64,000 nt of DNA, taken from positions 51,958,001-52,022,000 of the forward strand of contig NW_024704742.1 of assembly GCF_018977255.1 (NCBI RefSeq). Direction: 5' to 3'. Shown one piece after another: positions 38,341-52,029 of this stretch (the stretch's first letter is position 1; every line of letters begins with the position of its first letter). The translations under genes and the position numbers were made by a program. The notes under the pieces are model-generated. The model had not been told where the DNA came from, did no database searches, and saw only the letters and a program-made list of their open reading frames with translations. Source of the stretch: Callorhinchus milii (taxonomy: Eukaryota).

Positions 38341-38669
38341 AGAATTAAATTAAGCTGTTCACCTCTTCCCCATTCAGTCAGCAAAATGGTCTAACTTCCG
38401 CTCATCACAACACTTCTGCTCATCTACACACTATAATGAATGTAGAAATGAAAATATTTCTAAATATTTTCCAACATAATTGTGAAGAATATTGTTACAA
38501 TTAAATGATTTTCCTCTCTAATATCTCCCAGATAATAGGAAATATCACTGCATGTAGGTGGTCATGAGTGTTTCACTAACTTCTTGAAGTTAAGTACAGA
38601 GAAAGGACTGAAAGCAGCATTTGAAACTGGCACATTATCCAAATACTTGCACTTTTGTTCCCTTTTCAG

Positions 38670-39480
38670 AACAACAACAAGATTCCATTTATAGAGCGCC
38701 TTCGGGAGGACGTCCCAAGGCGCTGGACAGTTGGGTCAGGACCCGAGCAGGGGGGAAATGGTCAGGGTGAGGGGAGGGAAGGGAGGGAGCGAGGAGGGGG
38801 TAGAGAGTCGAGAGGGGAGATGAAGGCACAGTCAAAGAGAAAGGTCTTGAGACCGGCCTTGAAGGAGGAAAGGGAGGAGGCGGCGAAGGCACTGGGGGAT
38901 AGAGCTCCAGAGCCTCGGGGCTGAAAGGCTGAAGGCCCGGCCACCGATGGTAGGGCAGTTGGGGCGGGGGATGTGGAGCAGACCGGAGCCAGAGGAACGG
39001 AGGGTACGGGCGGGTAGGTAGGGGGATAGTAGGTTGGAGAGGTAGGAGGGGTGCAAGGCCGTGAATGACCTTGTAGGTGAGGATCTTGAAATCGATCCTC
39101 TGGGGGATGGGGAGCCAGTGGAGGTGAGCGAGGGTGGGAGTGATGTGGTCGCGAAGCCTGGTGCGGGACAGTACACGAGCTGCAGAGTTCTGAATGACCT
39201 GCAGTGTGGAGGGAGGTGCCAGGAAGGCCGGCGAGGAGAGAGTTCCCATAGTCCAGCCTTGAGGTGATAAAGGCGTGGACCAGAGTTTCAGCAGCGTGAG
39301 GGGTGAGGTAGTGTTGTAGTCTGGCGATATTCCGGAGGTGATGGAAGGCGGTGCCAGTTGTTGTGCGGATATGAGGGAGAAAGGGCAGCTCAGGGTCGAA
39401 CAGAACACCGAGGTTCCTGACGGCTTTGAGAGGTGGAGAGTGCAGCCTTGGATGCTGATGCTGTCAGCGCCAGAAGCGCT
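38670..39480 (-). mobile_element. L2-clade LINE 3' fragment
   Basis: LQVIQNSAARVLSRTRLRDHITPTLAHLHWLPIPQRIDFKIL is the L2 ORF2 C-terminus; GC-rich; (TTG)n tail at about 38670. Confidence 0.9.
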
Positions 39481-40157
39481 CAGCTCTGTTCAACACTCTA
39501 CCACTGACCAGGAACTCGCCTAATTCCACCCCACCTTACCACTCCCTGAAATTATACATGTTGTCCTGTCGAACATTCATGAATAAGTATTTTAACTTTT
39601 CTCTTGCCTGTGATAATACTTGTCCTCCCGACTGAAAGACACTAAATGTATATTCTGTATTATTGGATAAAACCGCAATATAGGGGTGATACATGCAGCT
39701 TATTTGAAGCTCTAAGGCAACATCTTCCCTAATGGGTAACTGCTACTTACATAATATTTTAACAGATAAACAGCTTGTTGTCTTTCAGATTTGGTAACCA
39801 CCCAAAGTAACAACCTGAATATAACCTCACTCTCTAAAAAGGCAAGGAACTAGAATATTAACATAGCTTTTCTTTTAGCTTAGGGGATAAACCATTCAAT
39901 CAAAACTGAATCCTCTCATCTTATCAGTGGTTTCCATAGAAACTGATCATCCAGATGACATTCTTTTTAAAAACAAAACATTTTTATGAGCTGCAGTACA
40001 TTCCATTTATATGAAAGATCTATAAGACCTCACAGCACAGTATTATGTCAATGCTTGATAGTTACAATACTGGAGATTTGATCTCTAAACTTGGAAGTGT
40101 GAGTTCTATTCCAAATCACCAATGACGTATGCTTTCAAGATTCCTGCTAAAGTCAAG

Positions 40158-40835
40158 TCAACAACAAAATTACATTTAAAGAGCGCCTTTCATGTCGAGA
40201 AGACGTCCCAAAGCGCTGAAGAGTCAGGTGTCGGGGCCCGAGCATGGTGTAGGGGTGGTGTAGGGGTGAGGGAAGGCAGAGAGATGGGAGGGAGACCAAA
40301 GACACGGTCGAAGAGAGGGCCTTGAGACCGGCCTTGAAGAATGCAAGGAAGGAAGTGAGGCAAAGGGACCGTGGGATGGAGTTCCAGAGTGTGGGGGCAG
40401 AGAGGTTGAAAGCCCGGCCACCGATGGTAGGGCGGGTCGGGCAGCAGACATGGAGCAGGCCGGAGCCCGATGAGCGGAGGGAGCGGGCAGGTTGGTAGGG
40501 AGTCAGCAGGTCAGAGAGGTAGGAGGGGGCAAGGCCATAGATGGCCTTGAAAAGTGAGGACGAGGATCTTGAACTCGATCCTTTGGGGGATGGGGAGCCA
40601 GTGGAGTCGGGCGAGGGTGGGAGTGATAGGGTCGTGGAGCCTGGTGCATGAGAGTACACGAGCTGCAGAGTTCTGGATGATCTGTAGTTTGTGAAGGGAA
40701 GAGTTGGGAAGGCCGATGAGGATGGAGTTCCCGTAATCAAGCCTTGAGGGGACAAATGCGTGAGTGAGGGTTTCGGTAGCCTGAGGGGTGAGGCAGTGGC
40801 GGAGTCTGGCAATATTGCGGAGATCTTGGTTTGGT
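40158..40835 (-). mobile_element. L2-clade LINE 3' fragment
   Basis: LFKAIYGLAPSYLSDLLTPYQPARSLRSSGSGLL...TIGGRAF...APTLWNSIP with a (TTG)n tail. Confidence 0.9.
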
Positions 40836-42014
40836 CATCAGGGTTAGTGTGCAAAACCTACTTATAGGAACTCTTCCATTAGCATCCAAGAGACCTCCTA
40901 GCAGGTCAACCAAGATATTGGTATTGACAGTGTTTACTGATATACATGTGTGTCCTGCACCTTTCTTTCCTCTGGTCTTCAAAATGAGCCAAGAAAAACT
41001 GGGTAACGTAGCAACGCTAATATGAAGGTGTTGGGAGCTGCCAGATGGTTTGGCATGGCATTTTGGTGATAGAAGTGAGCATGGAGGGGAGCAGCGGAGA
41101 GTAATTACAAACAATGTTATAATATTATAAAGACCAAGGAACAAAGTCTTACCTTTATTTACAATAATGATCAATAATGTCATATATTATTATAATGTCA
41201 TATGACTTCTGAACCATGTAAATAATTTGTAATCCTTCAAATAACTTTGATTTTATACAGCAGGTTCTATCATGGTTAAAACAGCAGTCTTTTTGTTATT
41301 TGTTTGTATTAGTAAATCATATTATTTCACTTGACACCTCTTCAATTTAATTTGACTAGCAGTACAAGCAATTACTTCTGATAGGCTGATTAATAATGAA
41401 TAGCAATAAGCTATAATATTTGAATGGATTGATTTTATTAGAATCAAGAAAACCTGGTTCAATGCTGTCAAATCCATTTAATTAAAGCAACATATCCTTC
41501 ATATCAACAGTATAGTATCTCTGCTTTGAACAATTAGACCATTATATTTACGTGTTGAAATATGTCTGCAATGTAACTGATATCTGGGAGTTATTAGATT
41601 TACTGTAAGAATTTATACAAAATTGTGACTAAGGCAGTTCAAAGAAGATTCGAAGGAACTTCTCCCAGGGAGTTGTCAAGGTAGTAACAGGAAAGCACAT
41701 TACAAAGCTGTATGAGATAAATTTTTATAATGCAATAATGGCACTGAAAGAAAGAGTAAATTGAGGAAGTAATTACAATGTTAACTGTGTACTTAGGACT
41801 TATAAATCTGGTTGCATGTCCAAGCACAGATAAAACACTTTTTTTAAATAAAAAGAAACATCCACAGCAGAATTAGAATAAACATTGACTTCTAAATGTC
41901 ACACACTTTTGTTTCTAGTTTGTAATGCTGTGCATTTCGACATATTAAACATTTAACTATATTAAAAAAATTCACTGCTGCTACATGATATATGGAGCTA
42001 TTTTAGGGACTCAC

Positions 42015-42106
42015 AGATCGGAGTACAGAAAATGCAGATTGCCAACGCTGTCACTGTAGTTAGCAGGACTTAGCCACGGTAAGGCTAGCAATAAGAGAGC
42101 CTTCAT
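42015..42106 (-). CDS. LNX1: LNX1 alternative first coding exon of the RING-less p70-type isoform
   Basis: gaaATGAAG at 42106. Encodes MKALLLLALPWLSPANYSDSVGNLHFLYSD + CT|GTGAGT donor (phase 2); joins exon 3 as CTA (Leu)-CKGAANYG. Near-identical to human LNX1 isoform b N-terminus MKALLLLVLPWLSPANYIDNVGNLHFLYSEL (recalled). Confidence 0.93.
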
Positions 42107-42445
42107 TTCCAAAGTTTCAGTGCTGAAATGCTGCTTTGTTAGCTTTCTTCCCCTTTTCCGTCAAGGCACACAAATCTCACGCAGTCAGTTGTTGCTTTTT
42201 AAGAATGGCTGCCATTTCTGCTTAAAGACTAATATTCTAAAACTAAGCTTTGCTGGACATCATTGAAATATAAGAGGATTATTGAATTTGATCATCAAAT
42301 GGATGGAGCCAAGAATTCAGTACTCCTACAGCGAGCCAGACTGGACATTGATAGTCTTTAGCACAAGGTTATCTAAAGTGAATGATAGATCACAGATTAC
42401 AGCTTCACCCAAACTATTTTTTTTGATGTTTTCCATAAAAAACTT

Positions 42446-42505
42446 AGACACACATACAGACACATACTCACACACATAGACATTCACACACAAACACACA
42501 TACTC
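42446..42505. repeat. Degenerate (CA)n microsatellite upstream of the p70 exon
   Basis: gacacacatacagacacatactcacacacatagacattcacacacaaacacacatac. Confidence 0.7.
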
Positions 42506-43559
42506 TCAACAAGATAAAATAATACAATTCCCCCCTCATTTTTCAGGCAAACATTAGCCTAATATTCTTCATGAACATCCCCTTTTATGTTTGGAAGATT
42601 AAATATTCAGTAGCAGATTTGCTAGCATCAAAATTACTGTATTGACTAAAGAATTACAAAAATCTATAGTACAGGATATTAAAGATGCTTAACATCAGTG
42701 ATATTTTGGTAGCATTATTAAGTTTATACAGGAGGGACAGGGTATATGAGAAATCGGGAAATTTCCTGAGCTACCCTTGAATGGCTTCCAATGCTTACTA
42801 TCCCATGTAGCCTAGTTCTGAAGTTCCATTCAAGTCCAGCAAACTTTTTAAATGTGTGGATGTTTTATGCTTTTTGGTGTCCCCCCACGAAGCAGCGCTC
42901 CCATTTTACATTACAATTCAGATCCCTTTCGGGGAGCCAGTCCGCCACTGAATTCACACCATAATCACTAAAAAGTGTTTAATTATTTTCGTTCTCTATA
43001 TCCTTTGTTCCAATTTTCTCCCTTTATTGACAACTCCTCTCCCAGGTTGGTTATGTTAGCACAAGCCTAGACAATACATGTTGGCCAACAATACAGCAAT
43101 AAGGAAACATTAGACACCTGAAAAACAGAACACTGAATCGAAATTTGAGAGCAGTGTGTTTAAGATTATAATAATTATAATTATAATTCTTGCTTTTGAT
43201 ATAGCATTTTGTCATGAAAAAACATCTCAAAGCGTTTTGCTGGGTTTACTGAGTATGTTTCCACAGGATGCAATTTGCACACTGCAATGTCCCATAAATA
43301 GCCATGAATTACATGAACAATTCTTTTTAATCTGGAGGATTGTTGGCCAGGAAAATGCTATGGGATCTTTAACGACCGCCTGAACAGGCACCTGGGACCT
43401 CAATCTCATCAGAAGGATGGTGCCCCAACAATGTAGCACTGGAAAGAGTCAGTCTCAACTATGAGCTCAAAGTCTCAACTTGGGGCTTGAACCTATAACC
43501 TTGTGACTAAGACTAGAATGTTACAATTTAAGCTTCTGAAGAGTTTGGGAAATTTGGTT

Positions 43560-43797
43560 ACAGATAAAGTGTTTTGCCCTGTACAAAATTGAAAAACAAG
43601 GGACATAGCTTTCGAAGGTTGGGTGGACTAGAAGTTCATAAGTCACTACTGTTCAATAGATTTTGGTTAGGTAAGGGTATCAAGGGATATGGAACAAAGG
43701 TGGGTAAATGGAGTTGAGGAACAGATCAGCCACGACCTAATATAATGACAGAGCAAGCTTGAGGGGCTGAATGGCCTACTCTTGTTCCTATGTTCCG
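43560..43797 (+). mobile_element. CR1 3'UTR fragment
   Basis: gaggggctgaatggcctactcttgttcctatgttcc is the reverse complement of the CR1 end at 4864-4950. Confidence 0.75.
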
Positions 43798-45275
43798 AAT
43801 TAAATGTAATCATTTGTTGTGCAGGCAACCATGGCAGCAAGTGAAGTCCCACAAACAGCCTGGAGGTGGTGAATGAGCAATTCATCTGGAGGGTTGTTGG
43901 TCAGGTGAAATTATAACAGGTTATTAATGGACTCATTACACACTTGCATATGTATATAGGATCAATGGCTGTAAACATGCTTTATTTTTCACTTTTTTTG
44001 AAAAAAAGAGGCTGCTTTTCAAACGAAAAACAATGACTGCCAATAGATATTGAATAATCCATTCAAAGGCTTGCCAAGGTCAGGTAGGTAAACATCCTTC
44101 CAGTCACACTCCTGTTCACTCTATTAGTTTGCTTCCCATCTCCTCCCAGATGCTTGCACATCAATTTGCAAGATAAAACAGGGCAATGCGTTTTTATATG
44201 GGCATTGTATCCATCCTGGGGAACAAACACATTTGGCAGTTTTTTTTCCCCCCCAGGACAATTAGGGAAAAACTGAGGCTAAACATTTGATGTCAAACAA
44301 AATGTGTTTAAAACACTGTCCCACTTTGAGGTGTTTACATTGTTTTATGTCCGAGAAGAGCTTGAACTGCATGTGCGGTTTACAAGTGGTGCTGAGATCT
44401 CCCTTCTTTGTTTCCAGTTTCTGTCAATTATCGAGCCAGGAAACTAACAATGTGAAGCAGAGGTCAATTCTGTATTGAAACAACATACTCCAGTAGCTAC
44501 AATTCTAGTGCTGGACTCTGAACTCAAAGACCTTTAATTCAAGTCTCACTCTCCACTGACATTTGTACTGGGGCTTCCTATGGGACCTATTTGTTCACTT
44601 CAGCTGGGTCATCTGGGAAAGGGCAAGAAAAACTGTCCAGGATGGAATCACTTCCTGTATTGCTCAAGTGCACTTCTTACAAAGGCATCAATCAACACCA
44701 TCTCTGACAATGACTCGAGGCCAGGCTGTCCTAAACACAGACTGAGAGTAGCCTGGATATGATTGACTATGTTCAGACAGGGAGGGGAAAATGACACACA
44801 CACAAATACACACACATCCATCTATCCATCCATCATCTATCTATATAAATAACACACAACATACAATGCAAAGGAAGATTTGGACCTTTGATGCAAAGAT
44901 ATATAAAAAAAACCTTCAAAAGGGATTGTGACTGAGAGGATTGTTTAATCTTAAACTTTTAAAAGTTTAAAATTAGGTTGTACAGCACTACAGTGTTCAC
45001 CTCAGTCAATCAAAGGCAGTTCTAGTACATGAAGTTAAGATTTCAATACTTAGGAGCATCATTCACTGCCTATCTTGTACATTTACAAATTAGTTTACAT
45101 TAAATAGCACCTTTCAGGTCGGGGAGGATGTTTTAAAGTGTTTAAGACTGCTGGCTGAACATCCGAGCTGGGGGTGTCAGATGAAGGGGGTGGGGAAGGG
45201 AAAATTGACCAAAAGTGCGGTCAAAGAGGTCTTGAACCTATTTAACGTACCTCTCTGATAGCTAAGTGGACTTAC

Positions 45276-45667
45276 CTACGATGTAGATGAATTTCTAGGT
45301 CACAGCGCTGCAAGACATCCGAGCAATCTTCTTTGAATGGGCAGATAACTAACACCTTGTCCAGCAGTTTATGCACCAGAATACTTGACTTTTTGCACAC
45401 CTTCAGACACAGGGGCTTACGATCCATAGGGCAGAAGTCTTTGCCCTGCAGGAAGTTGGTAAGGCACACGGTACAATAGGTGTGACCACATGGTGTATCT
45501 AGTGGCTGCACTAAGGGCTGCAGGCAGATGTGACATATCAAATCATCATCGATTTCATCCTGGAAGTTGTAGGCGTGGTTTTCCTCAGGGGAATGTATCT
45601 GTCCACAGGTAATACAGAGAGGCTGTACCATAGATGGCATCTCCTCTGCAGGATCGCTCTGGCTCAT
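45276..45667 (-). CDS. LNX1: LNX1 first coding exon of the p80-type isoform (exon 2): N-terminal Zn finger, RING domain and start of second Zn finger
   Basis: ATG at 45667 (gaatATGa). Translates [84 protein letters not shown]...[12 protein letters not shown], the LNX C3HC3D RING. Donor AG|GTAAGT at 45276/45275, phase 2. Probable acceptor ttttttcgtttcag| at 45775, so 5'UTR is about 45668-45774. Confidence 0.96.
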
Positions 45668-46364
45668 ATTCCACAGATATGGTATCCAGACAAAGCCAAT
45701 AGTAAACAAATGGAATACTTGACTTGATTTTTAACAATAATGAAGATCGCCAAGTTTCAGGAGAGATTCCAAAACTGAAACGAAAAAATAAAAATATGTA
45801 ATTAAGAAAATATGTAACATTAATTGAGTTCAACATAACAGAAGAAAAATCACAGTAAATTCATCACTGCTGGCTGCAAATTAAAGAGAATTCCAACTAA
45901 CTGATTAAAATGACTGTGTAGGAAGTACTAAAAATAAAGACTTAAAGACTTTTAAAAAGCAGCAATGGATGGGGCTGCATGACACATGGCGTAACCCACT
46001 GTTGAACTACCTTTGGGTCTTGGTTTACAGGCCGGCAACACTGGTGGGATGAAAGTCAGTCTCCTTTCTTGGCTGGCTTTTAGAGTCCCATGGGTAACAA
46101 GTTGATCAAACTTGATTCAGTTCCTGGGGTTCAGTGACCTTGCTGGAAATGTATATTTAGACTTCATAAAGGGGGGAAATTGAGCTCAGCATAGATGATA
46201 CTTGCATTTGAGGTTTTCTGTTTGATGTCTTTAATGGTCAAATGGCCTGAAGTCTTAACAGAAGTCAGTGGCTTTAGTGGAGCAGAGAAAACACATCCCC
46301 AATTTCTCTTACAAAAATGCATAATTCATAAGTCCCTTCCTTATTTACTAGAATACAATATTAT

Positions 46365-46672
46365 ATAATAATAATCCTTACATTTGATATAATGCTTTTC
46401 ATGTCTTCTAGACGTCTCAAACCGCTTCACAGAATATACTGTAAAGTGAATTGATTGTATATTTGTGGGCGAAAGGAGGCAGCCAATTGCACACAACAGT
46501 GTCCCACAAACAGTCGTGGATTGAAGTGACCAATTTATTATTGTTTTTCTTAAGTGATTATTATCAGGCGTGTGGAGTAAGGAAACGTGCCCAAGATTTT
46601 GCCCTGCTGGGAATTGAACCCAGGTCTGTCGCTTGCGAGGCGAGTGCTCTTACCACTGAGCTACAGGATTCC
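46365..46672 (-). mobile_element. tRNA/CORE-like SINE, same family as 60319-60630
   Basis: Collinear head and tail similarity to the 60319 copy. Confidence 0.8.
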
Positions 46673-47024
46673 ACAGTAGCTACAGAAAAGTGACAGACAA
46701 TAATCCGTCTCTTTTCTCTTGCATTACAGCATTAGTTGAATGATAAAAGTAATCAGTTACTGTAAACCGATGACAGCTGATTTGTTATTTATGCATTATA
46801 CCTGATACCTGAGATTGCATTTTGCTTGTCAGTTGGTATGAAATATAATTTTCATCATAAAAAAGAAGTGGTGATTATCAGGTATGAGTTTGTGCAGCAC
46901 TTTCATAGCAATATATTGTGCAGGTAATGAGTAAATTGATTCATTCACTTCAGCACAAAGAGGGAGCATTTCCTCAGGTCAAATGTCGACGTTCCTTAAT
47001 GTTTTTCGATAAGAAAAAGCCATT

Positions 47025-47570
47025 TAACAACAACAACAAAATTACATTTGTATAACACCTTTCACGTCAGGAGGACGTCCCAAGGTGTTGAACAGTCAGT
47101 GTTTCGGACCCAAGCTGGGGGTCGGGATTGGGGTGGATGGAGGGTGGGGAGGGGAAAGCAGGATGATTGAAAGCACGGTCGAAGAGGAGGGTCTTGAGAT
47201 GGGTCTTGAAGGAGGCAAAGGAGGGGCCGAGGCAGAGGGACTGCAGGATGGAGTTCCAGAGGGTGGAGCAGAGTGGCAGAAGACCCATCCGCCAATGGTA
47301 GGGCGGGCGAGGTGGGGGATGTGAAGCAGGCCGGAGCCCACTGAGCGGGCAGGATGGTAGGTGGTTAGGAGGTCACAGAGGTAGGGGGGAGCAAGACCAT
47401 CAACTGTATGCTCTGTGTGATGGGAAGCTGGTGGAGTCGGGCGAGGTAGGGTCATGGCGCCTGGTGCAGGAGAGGACATGGGCTGCAGTGTTCTGGATGA
47501 TCTGCAACCTGTGGAGGGAGGAGTTGGGGAAGCTGACAAGCAAGGAATTTGCATAGTCAAGCCTCGATGT
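47025..47570 (-). mobile_element. L2-clade LINE 3' fragment
   Basis: GLAPPYLCDLLTTYHPARS...TIGG and a (TTG)n tail at 47026-47040. Confidence 0.85.
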
Positions 47571-48266
47571 AACTTAACTATTAAATCTGGATTTAAATTA
47601 CCAGTAATGCTCCTGCAAGGTTCCTGCTCTTAGCCTCAATCTCTGGACTGTGAACTGTTTCGCCCACAACATTCTGTGAAGCACTTTGAGACATCTCAAC
47701 GACTATACCAAATGCAAAGATTATTATTTTCCTATTATCTATCCTCCTCCCTCAACTAGTAAAAAAACTTCAGAGGAGGCTGAACATATCTGTAGTGCTC
47801 CATGTGAGGAAACTGTCTCTGGGGACTAATTTGTGATCTTCATAAAGGGAAGGGAAGTGTTTAAATGAGCCTTTTCAGCCGGCTTGATCGTATTGGGGGT
47901 CATTGATTTCCGAAAACTGGCAGTGAGAAAAAAGGCCCAGAGCAAAACAGGCAGTTGTGGAAAGATGTTGTTGTGCCATTTGGCTATTTTTCACACTTTT
48001 GGGAATCATAATTTGTGCTTCCAACTCCTTTTGTAAATATAATAAATAAAACCATTTCAATTGACTAATGGTTATAAGGTTAAGAATTGTGGGTGATGTC
48101 AGCCACCATTAGTCTGAGAGTTATTTTCATGCAATTAAAGATGGATTTTTTTCTTTATACTGTTCTATAATTACTGAACCACTGTAGTCTGATGACTCAT
48201 TTAATTTGCGCTGAGTTGGTATAAAACTCTTTAGGTGTTGTAAAAACAGCAGTGAGACAAAGGAGT

Positions 48267-48662
48267 GTGTCAGCCTGGCTTGGTTGGTTAGAACTTTCTC
48301 CTCTGAGTCAGAAGGTTGTGGTTTCAAGTCCTAGGAATTGGAACCCATAAGCTATCAGTTTAATGTTGTGCTGTGGATATGCTGCATTGTCAGAGGTGTT
48401 GTCCTTCTGAAGAGATGTTAAACCTGTCTACCTGTCCAGGTGGATTTTAAAGATCACATTGCACTATTTGTAAATAGAAGGGAATTATCTTGGCCAACAA
48501 TCCCCCAAATAAAATTGGTCACTCACTCCATGGCTGTTTGTGGGATCTTTTTGCGTGCACATTGGCTGCCACGTTTGTCCACATTACTTTACAGTCTATC
48601 CTGTGAATTGTTTTGAGATTTTTCAATGATGTGAAAAGTTCCATATCAAATGCAAGGATTAG
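48267..48662 (+). mobile_element. Deu-like tRNA SINE, full length
   Basis: Same head, core and tail as the 63400-63826 copy. Confidence 0.8.
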
Positions 48663-51091
48663 CAAATAATAATAATCCTAGTAAATTGTACATTTGATAT
48701 AGCGTCTTTCATGTTGGGAGGATGTCTCAAATCACTTCACAGGATTGGTGCAGCCAATTTATGCAGAGCATTGTCTCACAAAATAAACAAGGGGGAAGAA
48801 GCAAAAAACAATAGGAATCAAACTAAAGAAAAAGGTAAATGAGAATAGAGACAAGAAAGAGCTTTGAATGCTACCCTTGCTCATGCTTTACTGTGATTGT
48901 AGTTATTCTCCTTCTTCACCAAATACTCTATTTCTGCAAGATTGTCCTCTCCTGCTATCCATCTCACCTTATTACATGTCTAAAAAAAATATTATTTCAA
49001 CAGTAGAGCTTAATTGCATTATTGGGGAAAATAAATAGTATTTGTTTTTAAACAATGGTCTTCAGAATTCATCTGGACCTTATTCTTAGCATCACTTTTT
49101 TTAAAAAAGTCAAATGATTAATGTATTTTACAAACAGTATTGCTAAAAGGATATAGGAATATCATTGGAGAAGACTGCAGACTCTTGCAATGAAGACTGT
49201 AGGGCCGGAAGGTTCCAGGTCAAAGGTTACAAAGCATTTTCCACTGGAGTAAAGGCCAATGAACCAACAACACTAGTTCCACTTTAATAAATGATGGTTA
49301 CTGACTCTATCTTGCCCTTTGTAAGGCACCTTGGCAAATGAGGTAGGAGCAGGAGCTGCAAGGATTCATAAAATGAGTTTGCAGCAAAAGCTACGACAAA
49401 CATCTCTATGGCACACATATCACAAACCAAATACACAATCTGCCTTAATTATTCTGGGCGTTAACAACAAGTAGATTATTAGTTTCCATTCGCAAAAGTT
49501 TTCTGGTTAGATACACCGTGTTGGATTTTATGAGGTTTTGAAAGATTAATCAATAATTCTGACTTGTTTCCATTGGTCTAACAGTTATTATCCCATTAAC
49601 TTCGTTCAAGGTCCAACTCAACACCTTTCAGTCATCTTTCCTCTCCCCACCCGCTAGACTCCCACTCCCAGCTCAGTTACCAAGCCTTGGGAAGTCCTCC
49701 CAACAGGAAAAGCAATAAAAATATAAGTGCGTATTGTATCCTGGGGTCACAAAGTTCAATGTAGGTCGATCTCAAATTGTCACAAACCAGGTAAATATAA
49801 TGTAAAGATTTGCACTTTGAAGGTACAATGACTTATGGTTCATTGTATAGCAAGAGATCTCCCAATGTAAAGGTTTGCTGCTTTAAAATAACAATGAGAA
49901 CAAAGGCAATCGTGCGGCCTGAATTATGGGGTTTGCAAAAGGATTTGTAATGAGTTAATTTGATCATATTATGCCTAACTTTCTGGAACTCCACTCAGAC
50001 TCCAATCTCAGGTTTGACTCTTCCCTGAAGTCTGCTTCAAAAACCTTTCATGAATCCTACAATTTCAAAATGAATGTGAAATCACATTACAAATATTGCC
50101 AGTATAATAAATCCAATAATACATAATAATATAATAAACCCCACAAAATACTCTCTACTTTATAGTGTATCCTGTGAAGTGCTTTGAGTCGTGTGTCAAC
50201 ATTGTGATAAGGCGTTATATCAAATGCAAGGATTATTTGTTATAGTATTATAGATATAGTATATCATAATAGATACAGTGCATCGTCTGCTTCCAACTCA
50301 GGTCCTGCAAATGCTGCGAGCCAATGTTCTAATGAGTAGAGTGGTCGTAGCTGACAAATAGTGGGAATCCTTGCCAAGCAGTGTTCACCTTGTCAAACTG
50401 TACACTTTTAACTGGTTAAACTCCAGCAGTACCTCACCCCATACTCTAGGGTCCCTGAGAACTTCCAGGATTAGGTGAACAGGATGTGTCTCTCTGGAGA
50501 GAGAGAGTGCACACTCCAATCCAAACAAGAGGAAAACTCCTTGCAAAAGTGCAGCTCCCATTAGTTTGGTCTGGATACTCTTTAAGCACGGTGATGGCTT
50601 TTGCATGTGCCGGTTACCTGGCTGACCAAAATAAAATATAGAGCATTGCAGTTCTTCACTGGTGGAAAAAGCAGTATAATTAGGTAGAGTGAAGCGCTCT
50701 GAGGCACTGCTCTGTATGAAGTGCAGGATATAAATGCAAGTTGTTGTTGAGTTTCCACTGAAGGCTAATCGAGATCGAAAACTAAAAGATTCCAAAGAAC
50801 ACCCTCTCATTATAATTTAAATTTCCAAGAAGAGTAAACCACATGTAATCCTGGCATTGTTTTTTGTGTTTTCTGGGATCCTCCCTAGAAAACTACATTT
50901 TTGAAACCTGTCTCAACATGCGCCCTTGAAACAGAAACTTGTTGTTTACGTCAAATCCTACATGAAACTGCTGTGGGCACATGAAGCACACTCAAAAGAA
51001 AAAATAGAATTTCACAGTGTAAAGTGTTTGCTGTTTAAACCTATGTAATACAGTACTGCAAATGCAAGGATTATTATTATTAATTATTATT

Positions 51092-51510
51092 ACAACAATA
51101 ACTTGCATTTATATAGCGCCCTTCATGCTAGACGGCATCTCAGAGCGCTTAACAGTGGCGGAGCCTGATGCTGAGAGGGAAGGTGGAAGTGGAAGGTCTT
51201 TAAGCACCACCTGAAAACAGGGAGGTAAGGCGAAGGGATTAAGGGAGAGAGTTCCACAGCTTTGGGGCTTAGTAACTGAAAGCACGGCTGCTGATGGTGG
51301 GGTGGAGGAACCTGGGGACAAGGAGGAGGCCAGATCCGTCGACCGGAGGTAGTGGGTAGTAGTGTAGGGGGAGAGCAGGTTGGAGAGATGGGGGGGTGCC
51401 ATGGAGTGAAAGGATTTAAATACCAGAGTGAGGATCTTGAAATTGATCCGCTCTGTGACCAGAAGCCAATGGAGTTTGACAAGGACTGGGGTAATGGAGG
51501 TATGGAGTTT
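51092..51510 (-). mobile_element. L2 3' fragment (second subfamily)
   Basis: MAPPHLSNLLSPYTTTHYLRS; 3' end ctctgagatgccgtctagcatgaagggcgctatataaatgcaagtt, shared with the 55665 copy. Confidence 0.8.
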
Positions 51511-52029
51511 AGCGCGTAAACTATAATAATAATTATTATTATTATTCTACAATAATGCGAGGCTAGCATAATAGATATCTGTGAAGCTCAATTGACTGAA
51601 AAATGTTTGCAGTAAATTTCTTATTCGTGAGGCTATTGTAAGTTGTAGCATTTGCACACATCCTAAATTTTCCCAGAAACAAATGACCAAACACAAAGCT
51701 TCTTTACTTATTAAGAGTAATATAAGCAGTTCTCCACCTTTCACAGAAGTGTAACTTTATCGTTCTTAAAAACGTTAACGTATTTTCTCTCTGATGCTAC
51801 CTATCCACACGTTGAGCAACAAATTTAACACAGTTCTGGTTTCCTTCAAACAAAATCCACTGCAAACAGAACTTTGATCAGTGAAGATAATCACTTAATG
51901 CTGTGAGTAAATCTTCACCAATTAGGCAAAAAACTAAAACGAAACATAAAACTGTTGAGAAATGTTCAGGTCTTTCATTTGCAACAAGAAAAAAAAGTGA
52001 CAGAATGAAGTTGTGTTGATATAACTTAC

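Noticed and set aside
38655..40854. Long ORFs (239 aa, 233 aa and overlapping antisense ORFs)
   Set aside because: They are frameshifted L2 ORF2 remnants and GC-rich shadow frames, not host genes or intact elements.
1639..45667. Assignment of the gene as LNX2 because of NPAF and LGISIVGG
   Set aside because: The p70-type first exon, exon 4 (RSRSFKK.NRA.S.LRRT), CKGA..YGL, RL.HLIPDGE and DDSFH are LNX1-specific.
45668..45709. N-terminal extension [14 protein letters not shown] in the ORF track
   Set aside because: It starts at TTG, not ATG; the first ATG in the exon is at 45667 and matches the LNX1 start region.
45970..46270. Possible LF-SINE-like relic upstream of exon 2
   Set aside because: The resemblance is too weak to support by eye; it needs an HMM search.
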